Origin: a bacterium
GTDB lineage: Bacteria; Arandabacterota; Arandabacteria; Arandabacterales; Arandabacteraceae
Reading direction: 5' to 3'
Length of the DNA stretch: 64,000 bases
NCBI GenBank assembly: GCA_025774845.1
Contig: JALGZP010000003.1
Coordinates: forward strand, 552-64,551
Shown here: one piece after another, positions 44,553 through 54,139 of the stretch
Numbering within the stretch: the stretch's first letter is position 1
How the letters are laid out: every line of letters starts with the position of its first letter
The notes under the pieces: generated by a model
The model's input: the letters and a program-made list of their open reading frames with translations, nothing else
Told to the model about the DNA's origin: nothing
Database searches by the model: none
Translations under genes and position numbers: made by a program

Positions 44553-45482
44553 TCATTCGTCACGGGCTTCAAGTGTATCGGCAATAATAAAACGGGGGCG
44601 GCCCTTCACCTCGTCATATATCTTGGAGATATACTCACCGATGATTCCCAGAGCCGTCACCAGTATGCTTCCGATAAGCAGCTGGAGTATGATCACGGTC
44701 GTGAACCCGGTTAGAGCCGCACCGCGAATCCAGAGAACGAGTGCATAGAGCCCGAAGAGAAGCGAGAAGACAAGGAATAAGGTGCCCAGTGCGGTTATGA
44801 TGTGAATTGGGAGTGCCGAGAACGAAGTTATACCAGTTACTGCGAGCCGGATAAGACTGATGGTGGACCAACGGGACTCCCCGCGAACCCGCTTCTCGAC
44901 AGCTATCGGAATTCGTTTTCGTTTGAAACCGACCCAGGCTGACATTCCGCGGAAGAAAACATTCCGCTCGGGCATTTGGATCCAGGCTTTCAGGACTTTC
45001 CGGTCAAGAAGTTTAAAGTCGGAGGCCCCGGCAAGATCGATCCCTGTCATCCGGCTGAACAGGGAATAGAACAACCGTGCCTGTGCCGCGGCAACCACCG
45101 GCTTCCCCCCGGCCGTAGTCTTAACTGCCTCCACCACGTCGCAGCCTTCCTCCCATCCCTTTACCATTTCCGGGATGAGCTCAGGCGGATGTTGCAGATC
45201 ACCATCCATCACCACCACTGCATCACCCTGTACCCGCTCGAGTCCTGCACAGAGGGCGAGCTCCTTCCCGAAGCGGCGGCTCAGTCTCAGAGCTATGATA
45301 GAGGGATTGTCCTTCCAGAAGGCCAGTAACTCCTGCCAGGTCGCGTCGGTAGAACCGTCATCTATCAGGATCAACTCATAGTCGCAGGGCAGATCGATGA
45401 GGTGCCCACAGATTGTCTTGAGTGTGCTGCAAAGATGCGCAGCCTCATTATGCAGTGGAATGACGATCGAGAGTTTTTTCAT
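44553..45482 (-). CDS. GT2 polyprenyl-phosphate glycosyltransferase (GtrB/ArnC-like)
   Basis: KKLSIVIPLHNE, LILIDDGSTD, DXD-type VVMDGDLQHPPE. Two C-terminal TM helices, as in bactoprenol glycosyltransferases. I prefer ATG 45482. Confidence 0.85.
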   Translation of the reverse strand: MKKLSIVIPLHNEAAHLCSTLKTICGHLIDLPCDYELILIDDGSTDATWQELLAFWKDNPSIIALRLSRRFGKELALCAGLERVQGDAVVVMDGDLQHPPELIPEMVKGWEEGCDVVEAVKTTAGGKPVVAAAQARLFYSLFSRMTGIDLAGASDFKLLDRKVLKAWIQMPERNVFFRGMSAWVGFKRKRIPIAVEKRVRGESRWSTISLIRLAVTGITSFSALPIHIITALGTLFLVFSLLFGLYALVLWIRGAALTGFTTVIILQLLIGSILVTALGIIGEYISKIYDEVKGRPRFIIADTLEARDE

Positions 45483-45495
45483 CGAACGTGTCATC

Positions 45496-46233
45496 TTATG
45501 CAACGCCCTTCCTAAGAACACAGATAATAACACACCCGGGGATGAAACGCCAACCGGTCTCCAGGGTGTTTGTTCTGAGCGCCAGATTCCAGCTCAAGGG
45601 TGCCAGCCATGGTGCTGCAAAGCCTGTCGTTGCGATCGCCTCTACTGTGAATCCGGCTGCCTCGCACAGTCCCCTCAATTTCTCCGGGCTATATCGCTCA
45701 ACGTGCTGGTGCCCTTCCATCGGAGGGGCAAGCCCGAATCTGTCCATGAGCCACTCTATCACGGGCCAGAGGCTGCTGTAGTTGGGTGTGGTAACAAACA
45801 CGCGCCCACCCTCTACCAACATCGAGAGGAAAGACTTAAGCATTTTCCGGGTCTGCTCCTGGTAGATGTGCTCTATGAGCTCGAGACAGTAGATCTTGTC
45901 GATCGGTGCTTCGGTCTCGAAACTCTCATCGACCAGCGCTTGTTCGAATCTGAGATTGGGTGCCTGGAACTGCCTGCGCGCAAAGGCGACCGCAGCATCG
46001 TTGCCATCAAGTCCGAGCACCTCAGCGGCTCTCCCGGCCAGGAAGGCCGAGATCACTCCCGAGCCGCAGCCCACATCGAGTACCCTGTCTGACCGACCTG
46101 GAGGCAGGAACCGCTCGATCGAAATCTGTTTGGTGAGGTGCCAGAACCGTTGAACAGCATTGCCCTCCGTGAGAGCCCTGTATTGGTAGTCTCCTCCTAT
46201 CCGGACTGTGTCATGAGTTCGTCGTTTGCTCAT
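45496..46233 (-). CDS. Class I SAM-dependent methyltransferase
   Basis: 245 aa. Motif I VLDVGCGSGVISAFLA, GLDGN, and CLELIEHI. Confidence 0.8.
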   Translation of the reverse strand: MSKRRTHDTVRIGGDYQYRALTEGNAVQRFWHLTKQISIERFLPPGRSDRVLDVGCGSGVISAFLAGRAAEVLGLDGNDAAVAFARRQFQAPNLRFEQALVDESFETEAPIDKIYCLELIEHIYQEQTRKMLKSFLSMLVEGGRVFVTTPNYSSLWPVIEWLMDRFGLAPPMEGHQHVERYSPEKLRGLCEAAGFTVEAIATTGFAAPWLAPLSWNLALRTNTLETGWRFIPGCVIICVLRKGVA

Positions 46234-48029
46234 GGTACGCGAAACACCAAAACTTCTGAATCCTCGTAAACCGGCTGCCCCAGGATTCTCTTAAGAACTC
46301 GCCCCTGAATCCGTATCTCCCTGCTGGACACGGGGGTATCCACAAGAGGGCCTATCTGGCGTCCCTTTATAAGGTCGCGGCGAACAGCAAAGAAGGGCAT
46401 CCAGACGATGGTTTTATCAGGGTCTATGAAGGGAGATCTGGGTGCTGAAACGACCTTATGTAATACGACCAGGTCGAGATCGCGTTCTTCCACTTCGGCG
46501 GAGAGTGGATCGGGATCCCCATTTAGAAAAGAATCATAAGCTTTCTCAAGAAGTTTTGACCGAACTCTCGCCCAGCCCTTGATCGCGAATGAAGTCACGT
46601 AGCCCTGAGCGATTTTTCTGTGGTGAAAAGTCTGAAAGAAGTTGTACCGCCCCTCAATACCTGATCCCGGGTCAGCCGGTAGGTGGACTATAGACTGGAT
46701 ACTGGAGGTCGACTCGTTTCCTGGAGAGGTCTCAAGTTCGGCAAGATAGGACGGGCACTCGTAGACGAACTGCCTGAAAGGGATTCCCGTTACTTCAACC
46801 AGGACCACACACGTGATGACACTCCAGACTGCGAGTCTCCGGCGTGGACTCTTGAACAACCCGGATAGGTGCTGCCAGGAAAAGGCGCAGAGCAACGCGA
46901 TTACGAACTGAATCATGATGAAGGCTCGGTCCGGCTTTCTCAGCATGGAGAACCCGGGTAGGGTCCTCAGGTACCTGTGAGGCATCGGGATTCCCGTATC
47001 ATTCCCCGCAACCTTCAAAACACTGCCAAGACTCAGAACAAGAAAGACCGCTCCGGCCAGAAGCCAGAACCGCTGCTTAATCACTCCACGATATCCCAGG
47101 ATCAGGAGTAAGAGTGTCGAATAGCCGAGCATAGTCGGCCAGGATACAATCACACGCTCTGGCGGACCAACCCATGAGTAGCCCAAAAGGTCATTCGCCC
47201 TGAAAACCTTCTCACGTTCCCCCGCTACCAGCGAGGGATCCGTCGAAACGTCCTCAACCACAGCCAGGACAAGAGGCATCGACACGATGACAACGGCGAC
47301 AATCGCAACTATGCCGGCGATCGCGATCCGCCTCAGTCCTGACACATAGCGGGTCCGGCCGCCCAAGAGCTTCCCACCCAGTCCCACCAGCAGGACCACC
47401 AGAAATGCATAGACAAGCCAGTAGGAAGAGCTTGTTGCGATCATGGCGACGAAAAGAGCCATGAGCACGGTATTCCTGACTCCGCCGTCGCGGTAAACTC
47501 TGAGTGAGTAAAGTACGACAAGCGGGAGGAATTCGAATGTGGCGATGTTTATCTGTGCAATGTAGCTGTAATGGAAAGGGCAGAAGGAATAAACGAGGCC
47601 TGCCAGCAGCGATCCTCGGATATTCCTCGTCAGGTAGCGCGCCAGCAGGAAAAAGGTCCAGCCGCTGAGAGCGAAATGCAGCAGCAGCACAACGTTGTAG
47701 GCAGCGTGCAGGTTCATGAAAGTACTGAGCGCGGCCCCGGCAAACGAATTCAGCGGTGAGAGCGTATGTCTCGCAAGAGAAATACCCACCGGGAAGTAAA
47801 GGTAGTCCGTCCAGTAGGGAGATGTGTGTTCCAGGAGTAGGGAGGTCTTGACCCACCAGAAATTCCACAGGTTGGAGAAATAGTCCGGGCGGATGCTCGT
47901 CGGCCTGTTCAGCGAGAAGGCAATCGGCCAGGTCAGGATGATGGCGGCGAGGGCAAAAAAGGCAAGATACCTGAGCCCTGGCCCGCTGTCTTCCTGCTCA
48001 GAGGTAGGTAGCATGACCGCTTCAGGCAC
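46230..48029 (-). CDS. Large polytopic membrane protein, GT-C-like putative glycosyltransferase
   Basis: 599 aa with 10 or more TMs in the N-terminal two thirds, then a soluble C-terminal domain. 4-nt overlap with the methyltransferase gene. Assignment rests on architecture and context only. Confidence 0.5.
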   Translation of the reverse strand: MPEAVMLPTSEQEDSGPGLRYLAFFALAAIILTWPIAFSLNRPTSIRPDYFSNLWNFWWVKTSLLLEHTSPYWTDYLYFPVGISLARHTLSPLNSFAGAALSTFMNLHAAYNVVLLLHFALSGWTFFLLARYLTRNIRGSLLAGLVYSFCPFHYSYIAQINIATFEFLPLVVLYSLRVYRDGGVRNTVLMALFVAMIATSSSYWLVYAFLVVLLVGLGGKLLGGRTRYVSGLRRIAIAGIVAIVAVVIVSMPLVLAVVEDVSTDPSLVAGEREKVFRANDLLGYSWVGPPERVIVSWPTMLGYSTLLLLILGYRGVIKQRFWLLAGAVFLVLSLGSVLKVAGNDTGIPMPHRYLRTLPGFSMLRKPDRAFIMIQFVIALLCAFSWQHLSGLFKSPRRRLAVWSVITCVVLVEVTGIPFRQFVYECPSYLAELETSPGNESTSSIQSIVHLPADPGSGIEGRYNFFQTFHHRKIAQGYVTSFAIKGWARVRSKLLEKAYDSFLNGDPDPLSAEVEERDLDLVVLHKVVSAPRSPFIDPDKTIVWMPFFAVRRDLIKGRQIGPLVDTPVSSREIRIQGRVLKRILGQPVYEDSEVLVFRVP

Positions 48030-48196
48030 TCACGATTAGGTTCGGGTCAAGTAGTTGAGTCATATCCTTCAGCGACCGAGTTTACGGAGGTCCCACAGGG
48101 GTGTCAAGCGAAACGGAAATGGCCCGCACCGCGTCAGCAGGGTTCGGGCCTCGGTGAAGAGCCAGGTCCCATTGTGCTACAGCATAACGAAATCAC

Positions 48197-48225
48197 AAGA
48201 CAAAGTGTGGATATTGTGATATAAT
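48197..48225 (+). promoter_or_regulatory. Putative extended -10 sigma70-type promoter
   Basis: TGATATAAT (TGn + TATAAT, 48217-48225), with AAGACA (48197-48202) 17 nt upstream of the TATAAT hexamer. Confidence 0.5.
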
Positions 48226-48231
48226 GAGTGA

Positions 48232-48692
48232 GTGCGGGGCCAATGATGGGCAGTTTCTTTGGTCAGGAGGGTAATGACAACCTGGCGTAGAGGCTTTTGC
48301 TCAGGTGGGGTCAGACCCCGTAGCGCTGCTCTGGATCCCCTTGCCGAGGGGCGGTTTGTGCTGAGACGCTCGGCCGGATGGTGGGCTAAACGGTGGAGAC
48401 GGCAGAAACGGCCTCGCGAAGATACCCGGCGGCATGCGATACTGGCGCATGTGCGTCCTGCGAGGGGAATCTGGCATTAGGGATCGGGTGGCAACGCCCC
48501 GGTGACACCTGGTGAGCCTGGCGGATGCGTTTTATTCCGTAGGCGGCCGGGTATACCCCGAAGCAGCTCCGGGGAGGATACTGTGGCGCTTGAGACCACG
48601 CAATTTCCCCGCTCAGGAAACGGCAACTTTGCGGTGAAAGAAGAGTCTAAAGAATAGAGAAAAAATAGAGCCAGAAAAGGGAGGCCTATAAC
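48232..48692 (+). other. Long GC-rich untranslated leader or candidate structured RNA upstream of the metalloprotease gene
   Basis: I scanned all six frames of 48030-48692 by hand. There is no credible ORF, only a 73-aa Arg-rich frame. Several local helices are visible: GGGG/CCCC 48307-48319; GCCGAG/CUCGGC 48343-48348 with 48369-48374; GCAUGCG/CGCAUGU 48432-48438 with 48446-48452; and CCCCG/CGGGG inside GUAU/AUAC at 48551-48581. No known RNA family recognised. Confidence 0.35.
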
Positions 48693-51600
48693 ATGAGTTT
48701 GAGGACAGTTGCGGTGACCACATGGGCATTGTGCCTGGCGATCATGGCATCTTCAGGATACGGGTTTGTACCACCCGAACGGCTGCCGGAGGGAACAGTC
48801 GAGGAAGCACGCATGTCCATGGAGACCTCCCCACCTTCACAGGAAACTCTAGAAAGGTGGGGGGTATTCAGTGATGACTGGGAAGCCGTGTGGAATCCGG
48901 TCACAAAGACTCCTCACCGGATATACGGTCGAGGTATCAAGATTGCAGAATCCATCGGTGAAGCCAATGTAGCGGATCACGTTACGGATTTCGTTGAGGC
49001 CAATGCTGCGGTGCTCGGTATCGATACTCAGGATCTGCGCCTGCTCAGCCGTGAGAAGCACGGTGCCAGGTGGTATACCGACTACCAGCAGATCCATGAC
49101 GGGCTTGACGTCATTGGTGGCAGGGTCCATGTGAGGCTCAAGGAGGATGGAAAGGTCACGGCATTCGGTTCGGACTTCTATTCGGATGTGGCTGTATCGA
49201 CCTTGCCTTCACTCACGGACGGGGATGCTCTGCGCCGGGCATCTGACGATACAGATTTCGACTCACTCACCGATGAGGTGCTTTCCTCACGACTCGTTGT
49301 GCTCCCCGTTGTAAGAGGTGGGAGAGCAACCCACCACCTGGCTTACGAGATAAGACTCCGGGTGGAAAACGGTCCCGCAATCTGGAAGGTCTATGTTGAC
49401 GCAGCTGGCGGTGACATTCTCAGGAAGCAAAACGAAATCTACTATGACTCCATCGACGGAGACGTGACAGGCAATACAAGAGCGATGTACATCGACGATC
49501 CGGACCAGGAAGAACCATTCGCCGATCACTACGTTACTGTGACTGGCTGGGGGCAGGGAACGACTGGTGCTTCCGGCTCCTACTCGGTTGAAGCCGGAAC
49601 CGGCGGGATGCGGGAGGTCACTGCATCGCTTACGGGTACATGGGCACGGGTCACCAATCTCAGCGGAGGTGAGGCGTCGTTCTCAGATTCGGTACCACCC
49701 GGCGCACTTGAGGACATTCTCTGGGACGACTCAAACTCACGCGCTGACGAGCGGAATGCGTTCTACCACACAGGCGTCGCGCACGCCAAGATAAACGAGA
49801 TCGATCCGTCGTTTACGGGTATGGACCGGCAAACCCCGGTGAGAGTGAACCAGACCGACTACTGTAACGCCTTCTGGGATGGCAACGGCATGACCTTCGG
49901 CGCGGGTTCGGGCTCATGCCAGAACCTCGCCATGTTTTCCGATGTCATCTATCATGAGTACGGCCACGGCATCACCGATATGCTCTACAGACCGCTATCG
50001 CCGTCAGGGGCTATGCATGAGGCCCTCTCCGACTACTTCGCCTGCACAATCACAGGTGAATCCTATATCGGTGAGGGGATCTTCCCTGGCGGCTACTTCC
50101 GGAACTCCGATAACAACCTCAGGTATCCCGATGACCTTACGGGCGAGGTTCACGACGACGGACGAATTCTGGCGGGAGCGCTCTGGGATATGAGGGTCGC
50201 TCTCTCCCCGGATATCCACCTGGCCGATTCGCTTTTCCACTATGCACGTTACGGTAAGGCGGACAACTTCTTTGACTATTACTACGATGTGCTTGAAACC
50301 GATGACGATGACGGAGACCTCTCCAACGGAACACCTCACTTCTACGAGATAGCCGGAGCCTTCGGAGATCACGGAATCGGCCCGGGGATCTTCATCGGCA
50401 TCGTGCACAGTCCCGTAACGGATTCGGAAGATTCGACGGTGACATTTGACGTTTTAGCGGAGATAACATCGAACCTGACACTCGATCCCGATTCGCTCGT
50501 TCTTTATTATTCGACCGGTGGTGGATACACCCACGTAACGATGACGGGAACCGGGAATCCCGATGAGTATTCCGCGACGATTCCCGCCCAGTCTTTCGGG
50601 ACCACCGTCGACTACTACATTTACGCAAGAACTCAGAATCTCGACGACTTTGAGACCGACCCATCGGGCGCACCCGCGAGCGTTCATACTTTTGCAATCG
50701 GTGATGACAGCGAAGCACCGGTCATAACTCATACGCCAATGGATGATCAGCCGGATGCGGGCTGGCCATCGACCCTAACGGCAGAGGTGACGGACAACCT
50801 GGGGATCGCATCCGTCATGCTCGAGTACACAAAGAACAGCGTTCCCCAGACACCGGTCGTGATGACGAATGTTCCAGACACCGATACCTACGAAGGTACA
50901 TTCGTAGTGGCGGCCTCAAGCGGTGACTTCATCGAATACCGGATCCTGGCCACCGATGCATCTGTGTCGGCAAATGTCGCGGGAGACCCTACAGTGAGCC
51001 TCCATACATTCGGAATCGCGACAACCGATTACTACGCGTTTGAAACCGGTGAGGAGGGCTGGACCCATTATGCACCCGGCGAGTGGAATGACGAGTGGCA
51101 CCTGAGCACAGCAAGAAACCATACCGATGGTGGTGGAACCAGCTGGAAATGCGGCTCGGCCGGAGGCGGGGACTATGGAACGCATCAAAAAGCTCTTCTT
51201 GAGACTCCCACCCTCACAATCGGTGAAGATGCCATGCTGGTTTTCTGGCACTGGATCGATGCTGAAGTCTATGAGCCGGTCCAGGGGTCAGGAATCGCCT
51301 GGGACGGCGCGGCACTCACGCTCATGGATTCAACAGGAGCGGGTGTACCCATAGATCCCGTGGATGGCTATCCCTACAGGATCGTCCCGGGTTCTGATGC
51401 TCCGTTTACGGACAACAAGCCCGTCTATTCCGGTCAGGCTGGTTGGGAGATGGCGGTCTTTGATCTCTCCGCTTATCAGGGTGAGTGCAAGATCAGGTTT
51501 AAGTTCGGTGCGGACAATTACGTGGGCGGTGAGGGTTGGTACATCGATGATGTGATGGTATGGAGCCGTGATGTCATATCCGGATACGACGGGTGCCCGG

Positions 51601-51911
51601 ATGACTGCCTGCCGACCGATAATTTGCCGGTGGCATTCAGCCTTGGACCGGTGCTCCCCAATCCGTCACCCGGTGCTACCGGAATTTCCTACGCCGTACC
51701 TTCGCCGGGTTCTCACGTCAGTATCAGGGTCTTTGACGTAAGGGGCAGGCTCGCAGCGACCCTGGTGAACGAAACCAAGGTGCCGGGTAGATACACCGCC
51801 CGGTGGAACGGACGAGATGGAAACGGCAACTCCGTCTCACCGGGGATCTACTTCATTCGAATGGATTCCCGTACTTTTAACACGGCTGCGAAGGTGATGG
51901 TTATAAGATAA
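48693..51911 (+). CDS. Secreted thermolysin/fungalysin-like (M4/M36-type) zinc metalloprotease with a C-terminal FlgD-Ig/T9SS-like sorting domain
   Basis: 1072 aa. Signal peptide, then an FTP/PepSY-like propeptide region (YQQIHDGLDVIGGRVHVRLKEDGKVTAFG). Zinc site HEYGHGITD plus the downstream GAMHEALSDYFA. The C-terminal roughly 85 aa (PNPSPGATGISYAVPS...VFDVRGRLAATLVNE...GRYTARWNGRDGNGNSVSPGIYFIRM) resemble a Por/T9SS-type sorting domain. SD GGGAGG lies upstream. Confidence 0.85.
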   Translation: MSLRTVAVTTWALCLAIMASSGYGFVPPERLPEGTVEEARMSMETSPPSQETLERWGVFSDDWEAVWNPVTKTPHRIYGRGIKIAESIGEANVADHVTDFVEANAAVLGIDTQDLRLLSREKHGARWYTDYQQIHDGLDVIGGRVHVRLKEDGKVTAFGSDFYSDVAVSTLPSLTDGDALRRASDDTDFDSLTDEVLSSRLVVLPVVRGGRATHHLAYEIRLRVENGPAIWKVYVDAAGGDILRKQNEIYYDSIDGDVTGNTRAMYIDDPDQEEPFADHYVTVTGWGQGTTGASGSYSVEAGTGGMREVTASLTGTWARVTNLSGGEASFSDSVPPGALEDILWDDSNSRADERNAFYHTGVAHAKINEIDPSFTGMDRQTPVRVNQTDYCNAFWDGNGMTFGAGSGSCQNLAMFSDVIYHEYGHGITDMLYRPLSPSGAMHEALSDYFACTITGESYIGEGIFPGGYFRNSDNNLRYPDDLTGEVHDDGRILAGALWDMRVALSPDIHLADSLFHYARYGKADNFFDYYYDVLETDDDDGDLSNGTPHFYEIAGAFGDHGIGPGIFIGIVHSPVTDSEDSTVTFDVLAEITSNLTLDPDSLVLYYSTGGGYTHVTMTGTGNPDEYSATIPAQSFGTTVDYYIYARTQNLDDFETDPSGAPASVHTFAIGDDSEAPVITHTPMDDQPDAGWPSTLTAEVTDNLGIASVMLEYTKNSVPQTPVVMTNVPDTDTYEGTFVVAASSGDFIEYRILATDASVSANVAGDPTVSLHTFGIATTDYYAFETGEEGWTHYAPGEWNDEWHLSTARNHTDGGGTSWKCGSAGGGDYGTHQKALLETPTLTIGEDAMLVFWHWIDAEVYEPVQGSGIAWDGAALTLMDSTGAGVPIDPVDGYPYRIVPGSDAPFTDNKPVYSGQAGWEMAVFDLSAYQGECKIRFKFGADNYVGGEGWYIDDVMVWSRDVISGYDGCPDDCLPTDNLPVAFSLGPVLPNPSPGATGISYAVPSPGSHVSIRVFDVRGRLAATLVNETKVPGRYTARWNGRDGNGNSVSPGIYFIRMDSRTFNTAAKVMVIR

Positions 51912-51926
51912 CCCCGACGCAATACC

Positions 51927-52745
51927 TTACCCATCGGGGGGCGGGGTTTCCTCGGTGCAGATTTGGCTATAGAGTGCCGGCTTCCTGTCGTCTATGAGAT
52001 GGTTTTGCGATGTGACCATCTTGTCGAATGCACGTGCCGGATCGATCTCAATTATCCTTAAGTCTTCGTCTTTATCGCCGGACCGCACGAGTATCTCACC
52101 ACGTGGGTCTATGACCTCACTCGTACCGATATAAGTAAGTTCCGTCCCGGCGCGGTTTTCGCTTCCCACACGATTTGCCGTGATAGCGAATATACCGTTT
52201 TCGATGCATCGCACTATCATTGCGCGGGGGCAGTGAGGAAGGACGAGATTGGACGGATGGCATAACACCTGTGCTCCCTTGAGAGCCTGGATGCGTGCCA
52301 CCTCGGGGAATATCCAATCGAAGCAGATCATGAGCCCGATCTTAACGCCATTGAGGTCACATACCTCGAAGAGGCTGTCACCCGGCGTGAACATCTCCTT
52401 TTCGCGGTCAAAGAGATGTACCTTTCTGTACCGCGCATGGATCTCACCGTTGGCGAACACGTAACACGAGTTATAGCAATCATCACCGTCACGCTCGGCG
52501 ATTCCGGCAACGATCGCGGTTCCTGACTTGAGTGATAGTCCTCTCAGGAAGGTGAATGTCGGCCCCAGTTCATCCTCAGCCATCCCGACGAGCTCTTCCC
52601 TGGACTCGAAGATATAGCCGGTTGCGAAGAGCTCGGGTAGTACGATCAGGTCGGCCTTGGCCGAGTCCAGGAAACTCGCAACCCGTTCGAAGTTCGATTC
52701 CTTCTGCCCGAAGATAGGACCGAACTGTAAGTAGCCGACTCTCAT
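51927..52745 (-). CDS. Carbon-nitrogen hydrolase (nitrilase superfamily)
   Basis: Glu-Lys-Cys triad context: LIVLPELFATGY, RYRKVHLF, IGLMICFDWIFPE. I prefer ATG 52745 (MRVGYLQFGP) preceded by GAGGAAG. The track ORF extends to 52928. Confidence 0.85.
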   Translation of the reverse strand: MRVGYLQFGPIFGQKESNFERVASFLDSAKADLIVLPELFATGYIFESREELVGMAEDELGPTFTFLRGLSLKSGTAIVAGIAERDGDDCYNSCYVFANGEIHARYRKVHLFDREKEMFTPGDSLFEVCDLNGVKIGLMICFDWIFPEVARIQALKGAQVLCHPSNLVLPHCPRAMIVRCIENGIFAITANRVGSENRAGTELTYIGTSEVIDPRGEILVRSGDKDEDLRIIEIDPARAFDKMVTSQNHLIDDRKPALYSQICTEETPPPDG

Positions 52746-53082
52746 ATTCCTTACTTCCTCTCTCTGGCTGGGGGTTTTTACGCGCCCTTCTGCGCAATTC
52801 CTCCCGAACACCGCCCTCAGTCCACGGTTCTCGGGCCGACCAGCACAATTCAATCTACTATATCTCCATGTAAATAAACAAGTTCTTCGATTGTGCGCAT
52901 GCGGGCACATCGCCGGGCCCGGTGGCATGATACGTGCAGTGTGTTAGATCGGGTCGCGCAACACACTCCCTCAAGGAGAATGAAAGACAGGCGATTCGGG
53001 GGTTCGCACAAGCCCCGCACAAAAAGGTGCTCCCGCAACCATGGAGCGAGCCCCCGACCACCTGTCACCGGGAAAAGAAACC

Positions 53083-53841
53083 ATGAAAGATCAATCTTTT
53101 TATTACGACATGAAAGACAAGACCAAGGAACCGACGTTTTTCTTTATGTTAAACTGCGTGCTTCTTACCAGGGTCAACAACGATCTCGAATCGGGGGATA
53201 ACCAGTTCGAGCAAGAGATCAATGTCTATCTTGCAAATCTTCTCACCGCATTCTCGAATCCCTCGTACGTCGATCGTTTGAGACCGTATCTTTCAGAGCA
53301 TGACATCGAGGTCTTCAGACGGCTTGAGGGTTCAGATGATGCCAGGCTTAAGTACACCGTGTACAAGGCGAATGCGGATTTCCTGCTATTCTCAATTGGC
53401 GTCTTCGACTCGGCGGGTGAGGAGTTGCTCCCAGTTGGACCCGAGTTCAGGCATGGCCATCAGGGTCAAATGGGGAAAGCACAGAGCTACTATCACTTTG
53501 CCTTCTCATACAGCAAGAGACTCCCGGCCGTGGGTGACACCGTCACTGATGTCCTCGAACAGCTGTCCAAGGGATTCGAGAAGTACGTAACCATCCTGAC
53601 CTATCTCAGGGGAGAGTACTTCGACATAGTCAAGCGAATCTCGGATGGGGAGATCTATCACCTCACGCGTTCGGTCGAGGCTACGGGCAAGAGAATAGAG
53701 ATTAGGAAAAAGCAGAATGAGTTTCTCGACGCTTACATGGAATGGAAAAACCAGGGTACAAATGAGTCAAAGGGAAGGGTGATCTCGATGGCGGAAGAGC
53801 TGAGATCTCTCGATCCCGCCTTCACCTACAAGCCTGTGTAG
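53083..53841 (+). CDS. Hypothetical cytoplasmic protein
   Basis: About 252 aa from MKDQSFYYDM; the track ORF starts at 53041. Compositionally ordinary, with no motif recognised. Confidence 0.5.
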   Translation: MKDQSFYYDMKDKTKEPTFFFMLNCVLLTRVNNDLESGDNQFEQEINVYLANLLTAFSNPSYVDRLRPYLSEHDIEVFRRLEGSDDARLKYTVYKANADFLLFSIGVFDSAGEELLPVGPEFRHGHQGQMGKAQSYYHFAFSYSKRLPAVGDTVTDVLEQLSKGFEKYVTILTYLRGEYFDIVKRISDGEIYHLTRSVEATGKRIEIRKKQNEFLDAYMEWKNQGTNESKGRVISMAEELRSLDPAFTYKPV

Positions 53842-54139
53842 GAACTTCCGACCGGATAAAAAAATCCCCGCCTAAAGCCGCGTGCTCAGGATATTCTTGA
53901 TCCCGGTTTTATCCAGGTGGGTGCCCTCACACACGCTTCAGGTCTTCTGACATGGGCCAGACGCACAATCCACGTGAGGATTCGAGCTCCCTTATGTTGC
54001 AATGTTGGCTCAGAATACACTGAAGACATCGCGCGCAACGGCAGGGATTTTATTAGTCGGTTATTCGGTTGTCAACAGCCTCAATCTACTACCAGTATAT
54101 CAGACCTCTATGAAGCTGTCAACAAAACTCGCCGGAGCA

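Noticed and set aside
48259-48480. 73-aa Arg/Trp-rich ORF in the long intergenic region
   Set aside because: It has extreme basic composition, a TTG start with no SD, and no hydrophobic core. It is most likely a chance open frame in GC-rich noncoding DNA.
48232-48640. tmRNA (ssrA), because of a 15-nt match to the remembered E. coli PK1 segment UGCCGAGGGGCGGUU and a GGGGCC start
   Set aside because: It has no GGNUUCGAC 5' motif, no tag reading frame ending in Ala-Ala-stop, no T-arm (GGUUCGAnUCC) and no CCA-proximal acceptor strand. RNase P (no GAGGAAAGUCC) and the common riboswitch cores were also checked by eye and not found.
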